Position numbers and translations under genes: made by a program
The notes under the pieces: generated by a model
Databases searched by the model: none
The model's input: only the letters and a program-made list of their open reading frames with translations
What the model was told of the DNA's origin: nothing
Shown: positions 13,806 to 27,095 of the stretch, in pieces
Position numbering within the stretch: the first letter of the stretch is position 1
Layout of the letters: the number at the start of each line of letters is the position of its first letter
Source of the DNA: Camelus dromedarius
Lineage: Eukaryota
NCBI RefSeq assembly: GCF_036321535.1
Contig: NC_087437.1
Location: 13,146,001 to 13,210,000 of the forward strand
Direction: 5' to 3'
Length of the DNA: 64,000 bases

Positions 13806-14759
13806 CAAAATATGTATGTCTAATTTATTTCAATGTGTGAAATAACTAAATGTGTGTTGAACACATTTATTGAAATGGTTAACTGAGCTAAGCCTTCGGA
13901 CAAGAACATTTTGGAATCTAAGGGCTGCTGGATTTCCTAGGACTTTATAAGATTAAACCTTGACACTGGACTTGGAAATGCAGGAGGTTAGAGAAACCAT
14001 TACTAACTTGTTTAACAAGGTGCAGGATAGAAGCTGTCTGCATTTTCCTTTGGCAAATTACTCTCAGGGCAAATAAATCATAGAATTTTGAAGAGCTGAG
14101 TAACAGTTTGTTGAAAAGGCAGTCATTGTTTCCAAAGATATTTATCTATTTAGCAAACACTTATGTAATATTTACTATTTTCCAGCCACACTTCTAAGCA
14201 CCTTACAAACATTAACTCACAGATTTCTGTTAATGTACCTGCTTTAGGGTAGACCTAAAATATTAAGCCTCTACATCTAAGAGGACTTAAGCTAAATCAT
14301 GCTTGGCCCACAGAGTAAATGTGGTTTCTTCGCAATTTTAGACATAAGAATTTTGAATCTCAGAATTCAAATAATTGTTTTGACTAAGAGAAAATTCCTA
14401 GGCATGTTTGAGCCCCTCTGACTCTGTGGAAATACATCCTCTCTCAGAACATCACTGAGATGGTTGAAAAGGTCAACATCAGTGACTTGACCATTGAATT
14501 AAAACAGAGAGAATAAATTTCAAGATTTTTTGAGACTAATTCAGTCTGCTAAATACAAATATCCTCTATAAATATACAGTTACACATGCACCTTGTATAG
14601 AAAATATTTTTTAAAAATAAAGTATGTTAAACTGATCTTGTGTTTTTAATTCTAATTTTAATATTTTGGACCTGAAACATTAACTGAATTAAATCCATCA
14701 TTGATTACCTACTCTAAATATGGAAACACATATAACATTATTTATTTATGTATTTATTT

Positions 14760-15020
14760 AGTAATATAATAAGTATCTACACAACTAACATAGAATTCCA
14801 AAATCAACTCATTAACAACTTAAACCTACCTATGTCTTCCTTCTCCATGGTATGTCCCTGGTTTCCTCCTGGAGGTAATCACTATCTTGTTTTCATGTTT
14901 ATCATTTTCACTATTTTTTTAAAGTATATGGTTTGGGCAGACACGTATGTTTTCCCTTTATATTTAAGTATTGCTTTTACACTTAAGAAAAAGGATCATA
15001 CTGTTTGTGGTATTCTAGGA
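14760..15020 (-). mobile_element. Old L1 (L1ME-like) 3' fragment
   Basis: 'cctcctggaggtaatcactatcttgttttcatgtttatcatt'. Confidence 0.5.
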
Positions 15021-15249
15021 ATAAGTATTCCAGCTCTGGATTTTAAAATGTTTAAAATCTAGTAAGGTGGGTAAACTTAAGTTGCATAAAAGCTTGAATA
15101 AATGTGTTTGGGTCCAGGTAACCCAAAAGTGAGGCATGTGTCACCAACGTAAAAGTTTGTCTAATTCGCAGGCTGCCTGGGGCTGCTGGCCCCTCTTGGT
15201 TTTTCCAACAACACTCAATGTCACAGTTATCATCATCACAGCAGCAGGT

Positions 15250-15470
15250 CATTTTTATGGACACCAACCAAATCCCAAGCTCTGTGTTCAGATGACTTAC
15301 TTGCATCTTTATCTGATTCTTCCATCTTATCAGGAAAAGATTATGTTTATTATTGCTTTATAGATGTATGACTCAATGACAGTGAATAGCTTTCCCAAAG
15401 CCATACAACTAGCAAATGAAGGATTCGGGATTCAAACCTAGGCGGACTGAACAACACATGGTTCTCTGAG
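15250..15470 (-). mobile_element. MIR SINE
   Basis: 'cccaaagccatacaactagcaaatg...gggattcaaacctagg'. Confidence 0.6.
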
Positions 15471-15554
15471 GACAGACAAACATACGCACCCACAAATGAG
15501 GATAACTTACTGGGGATACTATCCAAGTGAACGCCCATTAGTCACTGGCTTGGG

Positions 15555-15785
15555 GCAGGCAGTGAAGCAGAGAAAGGACCAGAGTCCTGAGTCCTGGATT
15601 TCTGTCCCAAGTCGCTAATCAGCCTTTGGATTTGGGGCAGGTAATTTAACCCCTTGAAGCACAGTTCCCTTATCCTTAGAACAGGGTTGAAGACATCTGC
15701 GCTGCCCACTTTTAGTGGGCAGTTACTAGGATCAGTTGATATAATGTGTGTGAAATTATGTTGTGAAATATACAGGTCTCTACAA
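15555..15785 (+). mobile_element. MIR SINE
   Basis: 'gagtcctggatttctgtcccaag...ttggggcaggtaatttaaccccttgaagcacagttcccttatc'. Confidence 0.7.
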
Positions 15786-16999
15786 ATACTACTTGGCGAG
15801 AGGTTTAGGGCGTGGCTCATTATGTTGAGGTAACTTAAGCTCTTTATTTAAGACAAAGAAAGATGCTTAGTGACTTTTCCCATATACCGTCTTTTTCATC
15901 CATTCTAGTTTTCAGCCTCTTACTTTGTATTCTGGCCAATCAATAATTAAGGAATTTTTTGTGTGTGTATATAGGAGAGGAGAGCTCTGAGAACATTAAC
16001 AAAGGAAGGAAGGAACCCAGGCCTTCCCTGAGATAATTGATTCGGATCAGAATGAAATGTTGTGTGGTCATTTACTGGTCAGCATTTTCAGTGGTTTAGT
16101 TTTAGCAGAAAAGTAAAGACACTTGAAATTCAGAAGTGCTTTTTAGCCTCTCAAGTGCCAATAAAAGTTTCCAACTGTCTTCAAGTCGCATCATGTGGTG
16201 GCTGGAATTTCAAGTGCTTTCCTGGAACCTCCTACCTTGAAAACCCTGGGCAGCCTCCTCCTGGCACCACGGAAGTGTGATTTGTGTATGCTGATCTCCC
16301 AACACCTGGAAGTGAATGAAGAAATAGTCCTGCTGGTGACCATTCATTTTTCCCTCCACTAAAAGCCTCTGCTATCATCCTCTTGAAAAGGAGTTATGGA
16401 ATTTGCCTGCTGCTAAATATGCCCCTGCTTTTGTGGAAAAAAAACCTGAAAAACCAAATAGGGTTCACAAAATCAGGTTTCCAGTTTGAATCAGATGATT
16501 GGAAAAGATGCATATGAGGTGCTGAGAGCCTTTCCTGTGACCGTTTTTGTTGTTTACAACCTCTCAGGGGAGGGCTCAGCTCTCTGTTCCTGGAGCTTTT
16601 TGGGGGCTGGAGACGTGTCCTTGTCTCACAAGTTAACAAATGTGTCCACTCATGCACAATACTGATCATTTTATCTCCTCTTCCCTAACATCATAGGACT
16701 CATTTTGAATGTCACCAAGGGACAACAGTTTAGAACTTCTGGATTCTCCTGGAGGTAACCCTCATTTAAAATTACAAGACCAAAGTCACAAAAATCGAGT
16801 CAGTTTTAAGTAAGTAAACTTGTCACTCAAATTGACAACAATTGTTTTGCCTTTAGAGTTGTAAATGCCTTTCCAGTCTCAAGAAAAACTGGCTAATCTA
16901 TTGCCTGTTATTTGCAAGTCATGGTGGCTAAAGGTCATTGCTCTTGAAATTTCACCTGCCACCTTGGACAGGATTTAAGGACATCATAGCTGGGACTAG

Positions 17000-17475
17000 G
17001 TTGTGCATCGCACTTTGGATTGGGTTTCTGAGACAAGGATCTGGAAGCAGATAGTTTATTTGGGAGATGATCGCAGGAAACAGGATTGAGGTAGAGGTAG
17101 AGTGAGAGAGGGGAGAAAGATAAGCCAACAACAGTGATAAATAAAGGACGTGTGTTACTGGCGTGGTTACCTCCATGGCACTTGGGTTTAATCCCACAGC
17201 ATGAGGAAACCTACCTCCAAGGAACAAGATGCTGGGTCAAGCATGCACTGAATCCTCTTTCTCATGGTTTAATGGTGGCCCCCATGAGTGTAACTGCCTT
17301 ACCATTCTGGCTGCTCCTGGATTTGGAATGGTGCACTTTCCAAACTTTGGAGGAAGCCCTGAGAAGTAGAGAGAAGCTATAGAACACGGCTGATGTAAGA
17401 TGCAGTTATGTGCATGGAACCCTCTACTGCAGCTGAGAGGATATGATGGTGCCCCAAAAGCACCTGCCACAGTCC
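17000..17475 (-). mobile_element. ERVL-class solo LTR (LTR16/LTR33-like, degenerate)
   Basis: 'ctgagacaaggatctggaagcagatagtttatttgggagatgatcgcaggaa' with antisense polyA signal; ends near 'cacctgccaca'. Confidence 0.6.
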
Positions 17476-18006
17476 CAAAGGCTCTTCATAGAAAGGATAT
17501 TTGGATTTCCCAAAGAGGAAAGAACAGTGAAGTTAGAAGAGGAAATAAGTGGTAAAAGAAGTCGATGCTTTTCAGGTATATAGGGGAAGGAGGGCCAGTA
17601 GTAGAGTGGCTTCTGCTGCAGAGGCAAGGGACCTTTGTACACACCACCCGGTTGTTCACCCCTCCCCACCACACACACCTTTCTCTCCCCTGTGCCCTTG
17701 CCATGCTGTTCTCTTAGGTTGGAAACCGCTCTGCCAGCTATTCCTATTTGACCTTCAAAGCACAAGGCAACCAGGTCCTCCCTTGATGCTTCTTCAAATG
17801 GCACCCTATCACCACAATAAATCCCCCTTCCGTGTTCTCATGTACGGTACCCACTCCATATTTTCATTCATTTATTTATTCATCCATTCAACAACTATTT
17901 ATTGAACACCAATTATGTGCCAGGCACACAAACTATCTTGTATTCAGACTCACTGTATTTTGGACTAAACCTTTTGAACCAAGGGCTGTGTTCTAGCCAT
18001 TGGTGG

Positions 18007-18186
18007 CAGTGGTTCTCAAACTGTGCCTTCCAGGCCAGCAGCATCAGCATTCCCTGGAAACTTGTTATAAATACTGGGTCTCATCCCAGACCTTCTGAAT
18101 CAGAAACTCTGGGAGTGGAGCCCAGCATTCTGCATTTTAACAAGCCTTCCAGGTGATTCTCAGGCACACAGAATTTTGAGAATCAG
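18007..18186 (+). mobile_element. MER5A hAT-Charlie MITE
   Basis: 'cagtggttctcaaact...ccagcagcatcagcat...ctgaatcagaaactctggg...ttttaacaagccttccaggtgattct...tttgagaatca'. Confidence 0.92.
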
Positions 18187-19609
18187 AATGTCTCCAGTAT
18201 CAGGCCATAGTTAGTAATCAATACATTTTCACTGAATTGGATTAGATTTAATTCATTGCCAGGGGTCTCTTGGTCTAAGCACTTTGGTTCTTAAGAGTAA
18301 TGAATTCTTTTAAAGTGCAAAAGCTCAAATGCCAAAGGGCCCTTCCATTCACCAAAAGAATGGCACACTCACCCATGGGGCAGTAGGCAGCTTCGGCTCT
18401 TCTCAGATAATCTGCTACAGAAGTTTCTAAACAGAGCGCAGCGCTGCTGGTCAGAGCAATGTGGATCTGCCCCTTTACCCCTGTCCGCACCCAGAGGTCC
18501 CTAGGACCACATGCCTGTCTAATGTGGATGATCAGGTCTGTACAGGTCAGTGTTCCCAGTGAACTCTTTGGGCCCCATCAGTCACTTGGAGGGAATACCC
18601 AGTGCATACAGGGACAGGGAGAAGCCAAAATCAAATCAAATCTCAATCTTAAATCATCCTTTGGCGGGGTGGGGGTGGGGGGGTCGAGCTCTTTGAGCAA
18701 CTACATCAAAACCGGTGAGGAGGATGCCGAGCTAGCTTGTCAGTGTCTAGCGAAGCCCAGGTCTGCACATGGGCTCCTGAGAACTAAGATCTCCCCTGCA
18801 AGTTTGCCTGAGGTCGTGTCTCCTTTTGCACTTCTGGCTCCACTATCCCTTTGTAACAGGGGCTGAAATCACAAAGGCTTTCATACCCTCATACCATTTA
18901 CGAACCATTTTGCAAAGTGTTTTGTAGATGCCTTAAAAAAAGAATTCACTGGAGAAATTCCAAGCAAGCTTGATGGGGCAAAGTTCAGGGAAGAAAGGAA
19001 ACTTTCTCCTGAGTCAGAGCCAGGGAGGCACTTTTGCTGTGGCAGAATTTATCTCGGGGTTGAGCATTTGTGGCTACGCTGAAGACGTGATGCATTTTGG
19101 AAAATGTACATGAGCGCAGAGGGAGGATTGCCCTGTGGCTAAGAATGTTGCTTTCAGTCAGGCTCTCAGCATCTTGCCCTGAGAGTGGATTCAGAGCTGC
19201 CTGTGATCATCACAGTGATCATCTGCAGGGGCCATTTCCATCCTCTGCCTCCTAAGGGGTTTTCCTCAAGCGGCAGAAGCAGCTTACCAGTAGACGAGGG
19301 TGGTTAAACCTTGCTTTCAAGAAATGGCTGTTGCGGATGGGGCATGAATAGATGACATCATTAAGAGGCAAAGCGGGTTTTGCCTTGTCATCCCACATAA
19401 AAAACACGCAAGCATCTTCCTTAGACACTGATCTCTAGAATCCCTTACTCTGTCAATTTCACCACTGTGTGTTCTATATCCTCCTGTATCCAAGAGGAAG
19501 CGTCTACTTCACATATTCAAACATTGCGTCCGGAGAGTATGAGCTTCTGATGCATCTCCTCTACCTGGAAATAGTTAGGGAGACAGGACAGAGTACTCTT
19601 TAGGAGGAT

Positions 19610-19725
19610 GGCTTGGTTACCAGCTTTGCTCTGACATTGACTGGTTGTGTATCCTTGGGCAATTTGCTTAATCCTTTTGAGACTCAGTTTCTGCATCTGT
19701 AAAATGGTGCTGAGATAATACAGTT
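19610..19725 (+). mobile_element. MIR SINE fragment
   Basis: 'tgtgtatccttgggcaatttgcttaatcc...ctcagtttctgcatctgtaaaatgg'. Confidence 0.8.
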
Positions 19726-20169
19726 AAGGTGACTAGCGCGTTCCCCATCTGGGAGCTATCACTGTCGAATAAATGTAGATTAGAAATGAGTGGAAGAATG
19801 TCCAAAGTCACACTGGTGTGTGGTCAGTAAAGAATCACCTCTCATGGCCCAGCATCCAGAGAAGTCTCAGGGTTAACAGAAGGCAACTGACAGACTGAAG
19901 TGAGCTGCAAAGCTCCAAATAAAGGCTGGGCGTTGTTCCTTCAGTGACATCTTAACAGAGATAAAGTAGAACTTCGTTCATTCATTTATTTGACTCATCA
20001 AAACCTGGCAGGAGTAGGTGGGGGGTGGGGCTTTCTTCACATTACTCTTTGAATGTTAAACCCAACCATATGTGGAAAGGAAAACTATGGAACCACCATT
20101 CAGCTTGGACACCGTAGTTAATCATTTAAACCATTTCCTTGTCTTTATTTTTTAATACTTTAATCAGAC

Positions 20170-20387
20170 TCCTTTATCATATGCTCTGATAGAACTCTAT
20201 TCCCTTTCTTTCATTTTCTGTCTCAATTTATAGCCATTAATGTGACTGCTTGATTATCATCTGTCTTCCCTACTAAACAGTAATCTCCATGAGAACAAGG
20301 ACCATATCTATTTTTTGTCCACCATTATTTCTCCAGTGCCAAGCACAAAATAGGTCCACAACAAGTATTTTTTGAATGAATGAATGA
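20170..20387 (+). mobile_element. L2 LINE 3' end
   Basis: 'ctccatgagaacaaggaccatatct...ctccagtgccaagcaca...gaatgaatgaatga' tail. Confidence 0.8.
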
Positions 20388-21165
20388 GCTATAAGCCTAT
20401 GAGCCTACAAGCCCACTTGTGTGTTAAGGCAGTGATCTTAAGTAATTTTCATCCTGGTCTTTTTGTCACTGATAATTCTATGATTCTTCTGTGCCTAAGA
20501 AGACAGTGGGCAGACATAATCTCCAGAACTCACTGTCATTTCTTTGTTGCATGGGAATTTAGAAGCATTTATTAAGGAAGTTGCCTGACAAAGCGAATAG
20601 CGCTATTTGGAGAGGCAGAAAGAAAGGGAGGGAGGTAAAAATAGTCACTCTTTGAAAATTCAGTGTCCAGCTCCTGACACATTGGAAGAGTATTCAGAGA
20701 AAAGCATGCTTTAATATAATCAGCAGAGACCCAAGTTAGATGTGAGGTTTCTGCGTTCTACTGGAGATGAAAGAGACAATTACCTGTATTTTAAATTTCT
20801 CTTTGCTTTCATTTTGAGGGAAACCAGCATCCTAACCAGAGCAGCTGTTTTGTGCTTTTTTGGCTGTGGCGGGGGAAATAAAAGTTAGTTCACATTTACT
20901 GAGCACCTACTATTTTTAAGACCTTGTGCTAGTTATGTTCTTTTGATGAAACATGGACCTGGGTTGTGATTTTGACAGTGATTTTGGCAGGCCCAAAGGT
21001 CCCTTTGTATCCTCAGTAGAGTAAATGGACTTGAGAGGAGAAACTGCTTGAGGAAGGCATGGCGTGCTAGTCAGAAAACGTAGCGATTTTTCCTGGCAGT
21101 CGATCTGTTATACCATCCCACTGGTCCTCTCCTTTGACACCAGTTTAATCCCCAAGAATTCAGTT

Positions 21166-22237
21166 ATTATTTTTAATTGAAGTATAGTTTATTTACAATA
21201 TTATGTTAGTTTCTGGTGTACAAAGAGTGATTCAATATATTTATAGATTATATTTCATTTAAAATTATTACAAAATAATGGCTATATTTCCCTGTGCTGT
21301 ACAATACATCCTTGTTGGTTATCTATTTTATACATAGTAGTTGGTATCTCTTAATTCCATGCCTCTATCTTGCCCCCCTTCCCTTTCCTCCCTGGTAACC
21401 ACTAGTTTGTTCTCTATATCTGTGAGTATGTTTCTTAAGGCAGAAGAAATAAAAGCAAAAGGAAACAAATGGGACCTAATTAAACTTAAAAGCTTTTGAA
21501 TAGCAAAGGAAAACATTGACAAAAGGAAAAGAGAACCTACTGAAGAGGGGAAAATATTTGCAGATGATATGACTGTTAAAGGGTTAATAGCCAAAATATA
21601 TAAGCACCTTATACAACTCAATGTCAAAAAACCCCAAACAACTCAATTAAAAATGGCCAGAAGATTTGAGTAGACATTTTTCCAAAGAAGATACACAGAT
21701 GGCCAATAGGCACATGAAAAGATGTTCAACATCACTAATCATCAGAGAAATGCAAATCAAAACCACAGTGAGATGTCACCTTATACCTGTCAGAATGGCT
21801 ATCATCAAAAAGACAACAAATGTTGGCAAGGATGTGGAGAAAAGGGAATCCTTGTACACTGTTGGTGGGAATATAAATTGGTGCAGCCACTGTGGAAAAT
21901 AGAATGGCGTTTCCTCGAAGAACTAAACCAAAGAAAGCAAAAACACTAATTGGGAAAAAATACATACACCTCAATGTTTATAACAGAATTATTTGCAATA
22001 GCCAAGTCAGGGAAGCAACCTAAGTGAATGGATAAAGAAGACGTGATACACAACACACACACACATATATATATACATACAGCCATAAAAAAGAATAAAA
22101 TTCTGCCATTTGCAAAAGCATGATGGACCTAGAGAGTATTTTGCTTAGTGAAATAAGTCACAGAAAAAGATAAATACTGAATGTAATCACTTATATGTGG
22201 AATCTGAAAAATAAAACAAAAGAATGTATATAAAAAT
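21166..22237 (-). mobile_element. L1 with 5' inversion (twin priming)
   Basis: Minus-strand 3' UTR at 21166-21435 joined to a plus-strand ORF2 C-terminus/3' UTR start at 21436-22237 ([32 protein letters not shown]). TSD aattcagtt at 21157-21165 and 22238-22246. Confidence 0.9.
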
Positions 22238-23718
22238 AATTCAGTTTGACTTAGAAGGTTTTTCATCGCCAGCTCAGGTTTGATTTTTGATGTCCCAACT
22301 TAGTGAATTAGACGGTGGTTTTCAACGGAAAAGAGTGATTAAGTAAGAGCTCTGTTAGAGGCCAAATGCAATGACTGAATCTGGGTTCCTGCCGTTTTAG
22401 GCACAAGTTGGAGTTTAATGACCTCTGTTAATCACTGCTTAGATTCCTCTGTCAGTCACTCTCTCACTTGCAGCATAATGTAGGTGATCTCAGAAACAGT
22501 GTTGAGAAAGACGCTTCCAACAGAGCTTCACAAAAACACAGGTACCTGTTCATCAGTTCAATTTGAAGTGGAGCTTTCAGTGAAATCACTAACGTGGCAT
22601 GAAAAATCACAGGAGTCTGGAGGACTTCCTACCAGTTGGGAGAGGTACCAAGCGGACTGAAGAGAATTCATGAGCTGCACTGTGACCCTTGGGTCTAATT
22701 TTTTTTCTTTTAGTCTGACTCTTGTGGTTCTTTTGCATGTTCACAGCTTGTGCATTTAGCCAATTTCTGGTATAAATCGTGCTTTCTTCCACAGACTCAG
22801 AAGACACCCCAAGGCTCAAAGAGATCCTAAAGTTTATCTTATTCATTTCTCTGCCTTTTGAAGAGAAATACTGACCTCTTGAAAGAGTAGGGAGTCGGAT
22901 ATTTAAGATCATATGCTGAGCACTCTGCCGAGTGTGTTATCTGCCTCACAGGAGCTCCTTGATAATGCGATTGTGCAAATGAAAAAAGGCTTGTGCATTT
23001 TGTAAAATCGTGCTCCTAAAGTAACAACATAATGGGGAAATAAATTTGGGGAATACCACTTAAAGCCTATTCAGTTTTGTAATGCAAGCACTAAGAATCC
23101 TAATAAAAAAAAAAAATACCAGCTAGTTAAAACCACATATGCTTCATTTTTTAAAAGAGGTAAATGTAGCTTGATGGAATGGAGTATAAAAGACTTTCAG
23201 CTTCTGAATTAAGGTCAAAGATCAGGCCCAATTGTTCAATAAACATCTTCAAGGCAGAGCACATAGAAAAACTGAGTCAAGAGGCAGAATTTGGGGGTAA
23301 ATGGGTATAATGTAAAGAACCATAAAATTCCCTTGAGGCTTGCTAGATTTAGCTGTGTCGATGTGGTTAGCATTATAGCTAATCAGTACTTGGTGCAAAA
23401 CATCATACAATGAGAAAAAAAAATGTCTATAAAACAACCTGATTTCTGAATTATACTGGTGTAATTCCTCTGTTGAATATTCACATATAAGGTAAGTCAC
23501 ACTATAAAAATAAGCATTGTAGTAGACAGACTATAATTTTTATAATAAATCTGTTTGGAAGGTGGTACACACACATACACATGTTTTTATGTAAGGAAGA
23601 GAACTGAGACTCAGGGAGCTTAAATAACTTCCCCAAGATCATCCAGTTAATAAAGGGAGGCCTGGGTTTAGATGCAGGTTAATGCTTTTCTTAATCTAAG
23701 GGATTTTGGACATTTTTA

Positions 23719-23850
23719 TTTGTTTGTTTTTTGCTTTTTTTGGGGGGGGGTAATTAGATTTATTTATTTTTTAATGGAGGTACTGGGGATTGAACCGAGG
23801 ACCTCATGCATGCTGAGCACGCACTCTACCACTGAGCTATACCCTCCCCC
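23719..23850 (-). mobile_element. Camelid tRNA-derived SINE (vic-1 type)
   Basis: Minus strand 'gggggagggtatagctcagtggtagagtgcgtgctcagcatgcatgaggtcctcggttcaatccccagtacctcc' (A and B boxes), 'ctaattacccccc' and an A-rich tail. TSD ggacattttta/gggcattttta. Confidence 0.9.
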
Positions 23851-23989
23851 GGGGCATTTTTAAATGTTGACATTTCATGATGCTTCTTAGGAAGAAGATA
23901 GAGAACCAATATATAGTGAGGACCACTGAAATGCTCACATATTCATATGCACGTTTCTTCAGTCCTTTTGAGGTGGATTGCTTTTCTCC

Positions 23990-24335
23990 ATAGACGGAGA
24001 GCCTCTTGTAACTATGCAAACCGCACTCACAGGAAAGAGTTGTGCTGGGAAAACGGGGTCAGTCAGGCTCCCTCGCCGGACGTCCGGGGCCCAGCGGCTC
24101 ACAATATTATCCCACGTGCGCAGTACCTGTGCATCTTCATGTGATGATGACTTGCGCTGCACAAGCACGATGGTTCGCGCAGAGGTCGTAGCTGGACAGA
24201 TGCCGGCTTTGTTTGCCTTGCTGTATAAGGTGGAGGGGCCCTTCCACCACTGCCGCCATCGCCGCCTGTGCACCCCTCCCGCAATAAAGGCATGCCAGAA
24301 TCCATGAACCTGCCAGGCCTCGGGCGCCTGCGATA
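23990..24335. promoter_or_regulatory. Small CpG-rich island-like patch (candidate regulatory element)
   Basis: About 23 CpGs counted by eye in ~345 bp of an otherwise CpG-depleted window; E-box CACGTG at 24113-24118. Confidence 0.4.
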
Positions 24336-25375
24336 CAAGTTGTATTTCAGTTTCTAGAATCCATTCTCTCTGCCCATCATTCCCTTTGGTTTTTCCCTTG
24401 CAGTCCAAGAATAACGGAGAAAAAGATGGGTGCTAATAAGCATTCGAGAAAAATGTGTCATTAAACTTCAAGATCTACCCTCCTGTGTGTCACTACTGTG
24501 TTGTCAGGAGGGAAAGAATGAGACAGCAGGATTTTTCAAAAGCTCACTTTAATGTCAAAGTTTGACATTGACAGCCAATTCTATGTACTCCGCCTTCAAA
24601 ATGACCGCAAAGATTGCAAATTATCATGGATAATACAGTGTTTCTTAAATCAAATGAATAGTTTCGACCTGTTATTTGCAAGCTGTATTGTCCTAGGAAA
24701 CTGCAAAGTGACACTGAAATAATAAGCATGAAAGCTTTTTGTAAACGGTGCAGCCTGAGTCAAATGTAAAGTATTTATCATTATGATTGCTCACCAGACT
24801 GTCATCGTTTCGTCTCGGTTTCATTAGTTATGATGCTATGGATTGGTCTCTTACAGGATCAGTACTAAAATGTAAATTGTTTGAGCTTAAAGGGATCTTT
24901 AAGTGTCATCACAGAAAATCAGGGCTGGAAGGGACAATAGCAGTTACAGAGTTCAGATGCTTAATTTGTTAGAAGCTGAATCTAATGCCCAGCAAGATGA
25001 AGTTGTCTTTTCAAAGGTCACCCGGCTACTTAATGATTGCTGGACCAGGGTTTATTCCCTGATAGAAATTATCTCTGAGTTTTAGTGAGAGGGAATTCCA
25101 TTCTTGGGCTTGTCAAAGTTATTCTCCATCACACAAATGAAAGTCAAACAGAACACAATAGACATGTCTTTAGTCTGGGACTTCACCTTTTGGGATTGGA
25201 AATTTGGCCATAGAATAGATCTAGATCCAGTTAATTGCCTTTGTTTTTAGCTTCACATGGTCTTTAGAGTCTTGGGGATTGTTTCAGCATCTCATGAAGC
25301 TGACATCAGGCAGAATAATTTGCTTTCTACAAATGATTGCGTTTCTGGTTTCCAGGAGAAATAGCTTCATTCTTT

Positions 25376-25618
25376 CTTCTTCTTCTTCTTCTTTTTTTTT
25401 TTTTTAGTATATATTTTGATTGACATATAGTCAATTTACAATGTGTCAATTTCTGGTGTACGGCATGAGACTTCAGTCATACATATACATACATATATTC
25501 ACTGTCATAGTCTTTTTTACCATAAGTCACTACAAGATATTGAATATAGTTTCCTGTGTGATACAGTACAAACTTGATGTTTGTCTATTTTATATACATT
25601 ACTTAGTATCTGCAATTC
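25376..25618 (-). mobile_element. 5'-truncated young L1 3' UTR
   Basis: Antisense L1 3' UTR with a T/(TTC)n tail. TSD tagcttcattcttt (25362-25375) / taggttcattcttt (25619-25632). Confidence 0.88.
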
Positions 25619-25901
25619 TAGGTTCATTCTTTTATTTGACAGTATTTGGAATCTATGTATTTGAAACTCTGTATTATGCAATATTATGCCTTTGTCTAAA
25701 CATAAGATGTGGAAAATCACCTAAATGTCAGAAATGATGAGAAACAGACCCTTGGCTTAAGGTAGCTTGTTTTAGTAACCATGCGTCTGCACTTCTGGTT
25801 GAAGCTAAGGTAAAGAGGAAGGAACCTCATTTTGAGCCCTAATTACTTACTTTTGTCTCAGCTTATCTTTACTATCATTTCTGAGAATCAAAGTGACATC
25901 T

Positions 25902-26062
25902 GGGGAGGGTACAGCTCAGTGATAAAGCTCATCCTTAGCATACATGAGATCCTGGATTCAATCCTAGGTTCAATCCCCATTACCTCCATTAAAATTAAAA
26001 AAATAATAAATACACCTAATTACCTCCCCCCCTAAAGAAAACAAACAAACAAAAATTTTAAT
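25902..26062 (+). mobile_element. Camelid tRNA-derived SINE (vic-1 type)
   Basis: 'ggggagggtacagctcagtg...ggttcaatcccc...cctaattacctccccccc' plus A tail. TSD aagtgacatc at 25891-25900 and 26063-26072. Confidence 0.9.
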
Positions 26063-26869
26063 AAGTGACATCAACTTTTCCTATAACATTGTATTGTGTC
26101 AATGGAAGTGCCTCTTCCCCAGATTAATTAGGGAAACTCTTTAGAGAAACAAAAATTATTTCTGCACAAATTAGTTTAAAATATTCAAACTATAAATGAA
26201 ATGGCTAGCATACTACTGGTACCCTTGAGTACAAATAAGCACTTTCCTTGGCTTTGGTAATAGCTTTCGGTGATTTTTTTTCCCCAGTTAGTTACAAATA
26301 AAAAAATGCAGATTAGAATGCAAAAGAGAAACGTCATGAAAGTTTCTGACTTCAGCATAAAAGCCTTATACGACCCATAAGAGGGACAAGCTTTGAGAGG
26401 CTAAATAATGGCTCTTTGAAAATTATTAGGGCATTAAAGAAAAACAAAAATCCCTGAAAGAAACATCACTAGATATATTTTGGCCTCTTCAATGGACAAA
26501 TAAGTGGTATTTAAATTTCTCAAACCACCCTTTCCTATTTTTCTGGATGAACAGACTTTTGTATATAGAAACAGACAGTTGATGCAATTAAATAGGAACT
26601 TCAGGGTGAAAAAAACCCAAAAACCTTCATTAACCACCTCCCCCCACCAAATCCAGTAGAATAAACAGAAACAAAGAAAATTTAAAACCCAGCGAAATGC
26701 AATCCATAGCCATTTTACTGATTTTTATTTGTACTTTGTTCCTATTGCCATGGGAGGCAAGTTATTTTCTCATTTAAAGAAATCTTAGCCACTAATCCCC
26801 TCAAGGTGCTGGGGACCTGGAAATGTTTCTTGCCTTATATTGGTAAAATTGCAGTCCTGGACCTCTAGT

Positions 26870-27095
26870 TAATGACATGCACACTCAGGTATTTGGTGGG
26901 AGTGTCCTCATGTCTGCAACTTACTCTGAAATGCATCAAAAAGTAAGATGGATTAATGGATGGAGAGCTATGTGATAAAGCAAATAAAATAAAATGTTCA
27001 TTGCAGACTCTAGGCAGTGGGCATATGGGTGTTTAATATAAAATTCCTTTAACTTTTCTTTGTAATTGAAAAAGTTCAAAATAAAGTATGGAGGA
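26870..27095 (+). mobile_element. Old L1 (L1ME-like) 3' end
   Basis: 'atgtctgcaacttactctgaaatgcatcaaaa...tctaggcagtgggcatatgggtgtt...ctttaacttttct...aaaataaag'. Confidence 0.75.

Noticed and set aside
18666..18683. G-quadruplex-capable G tract
   Set aside because: A simple G-rich run with no supporting context.
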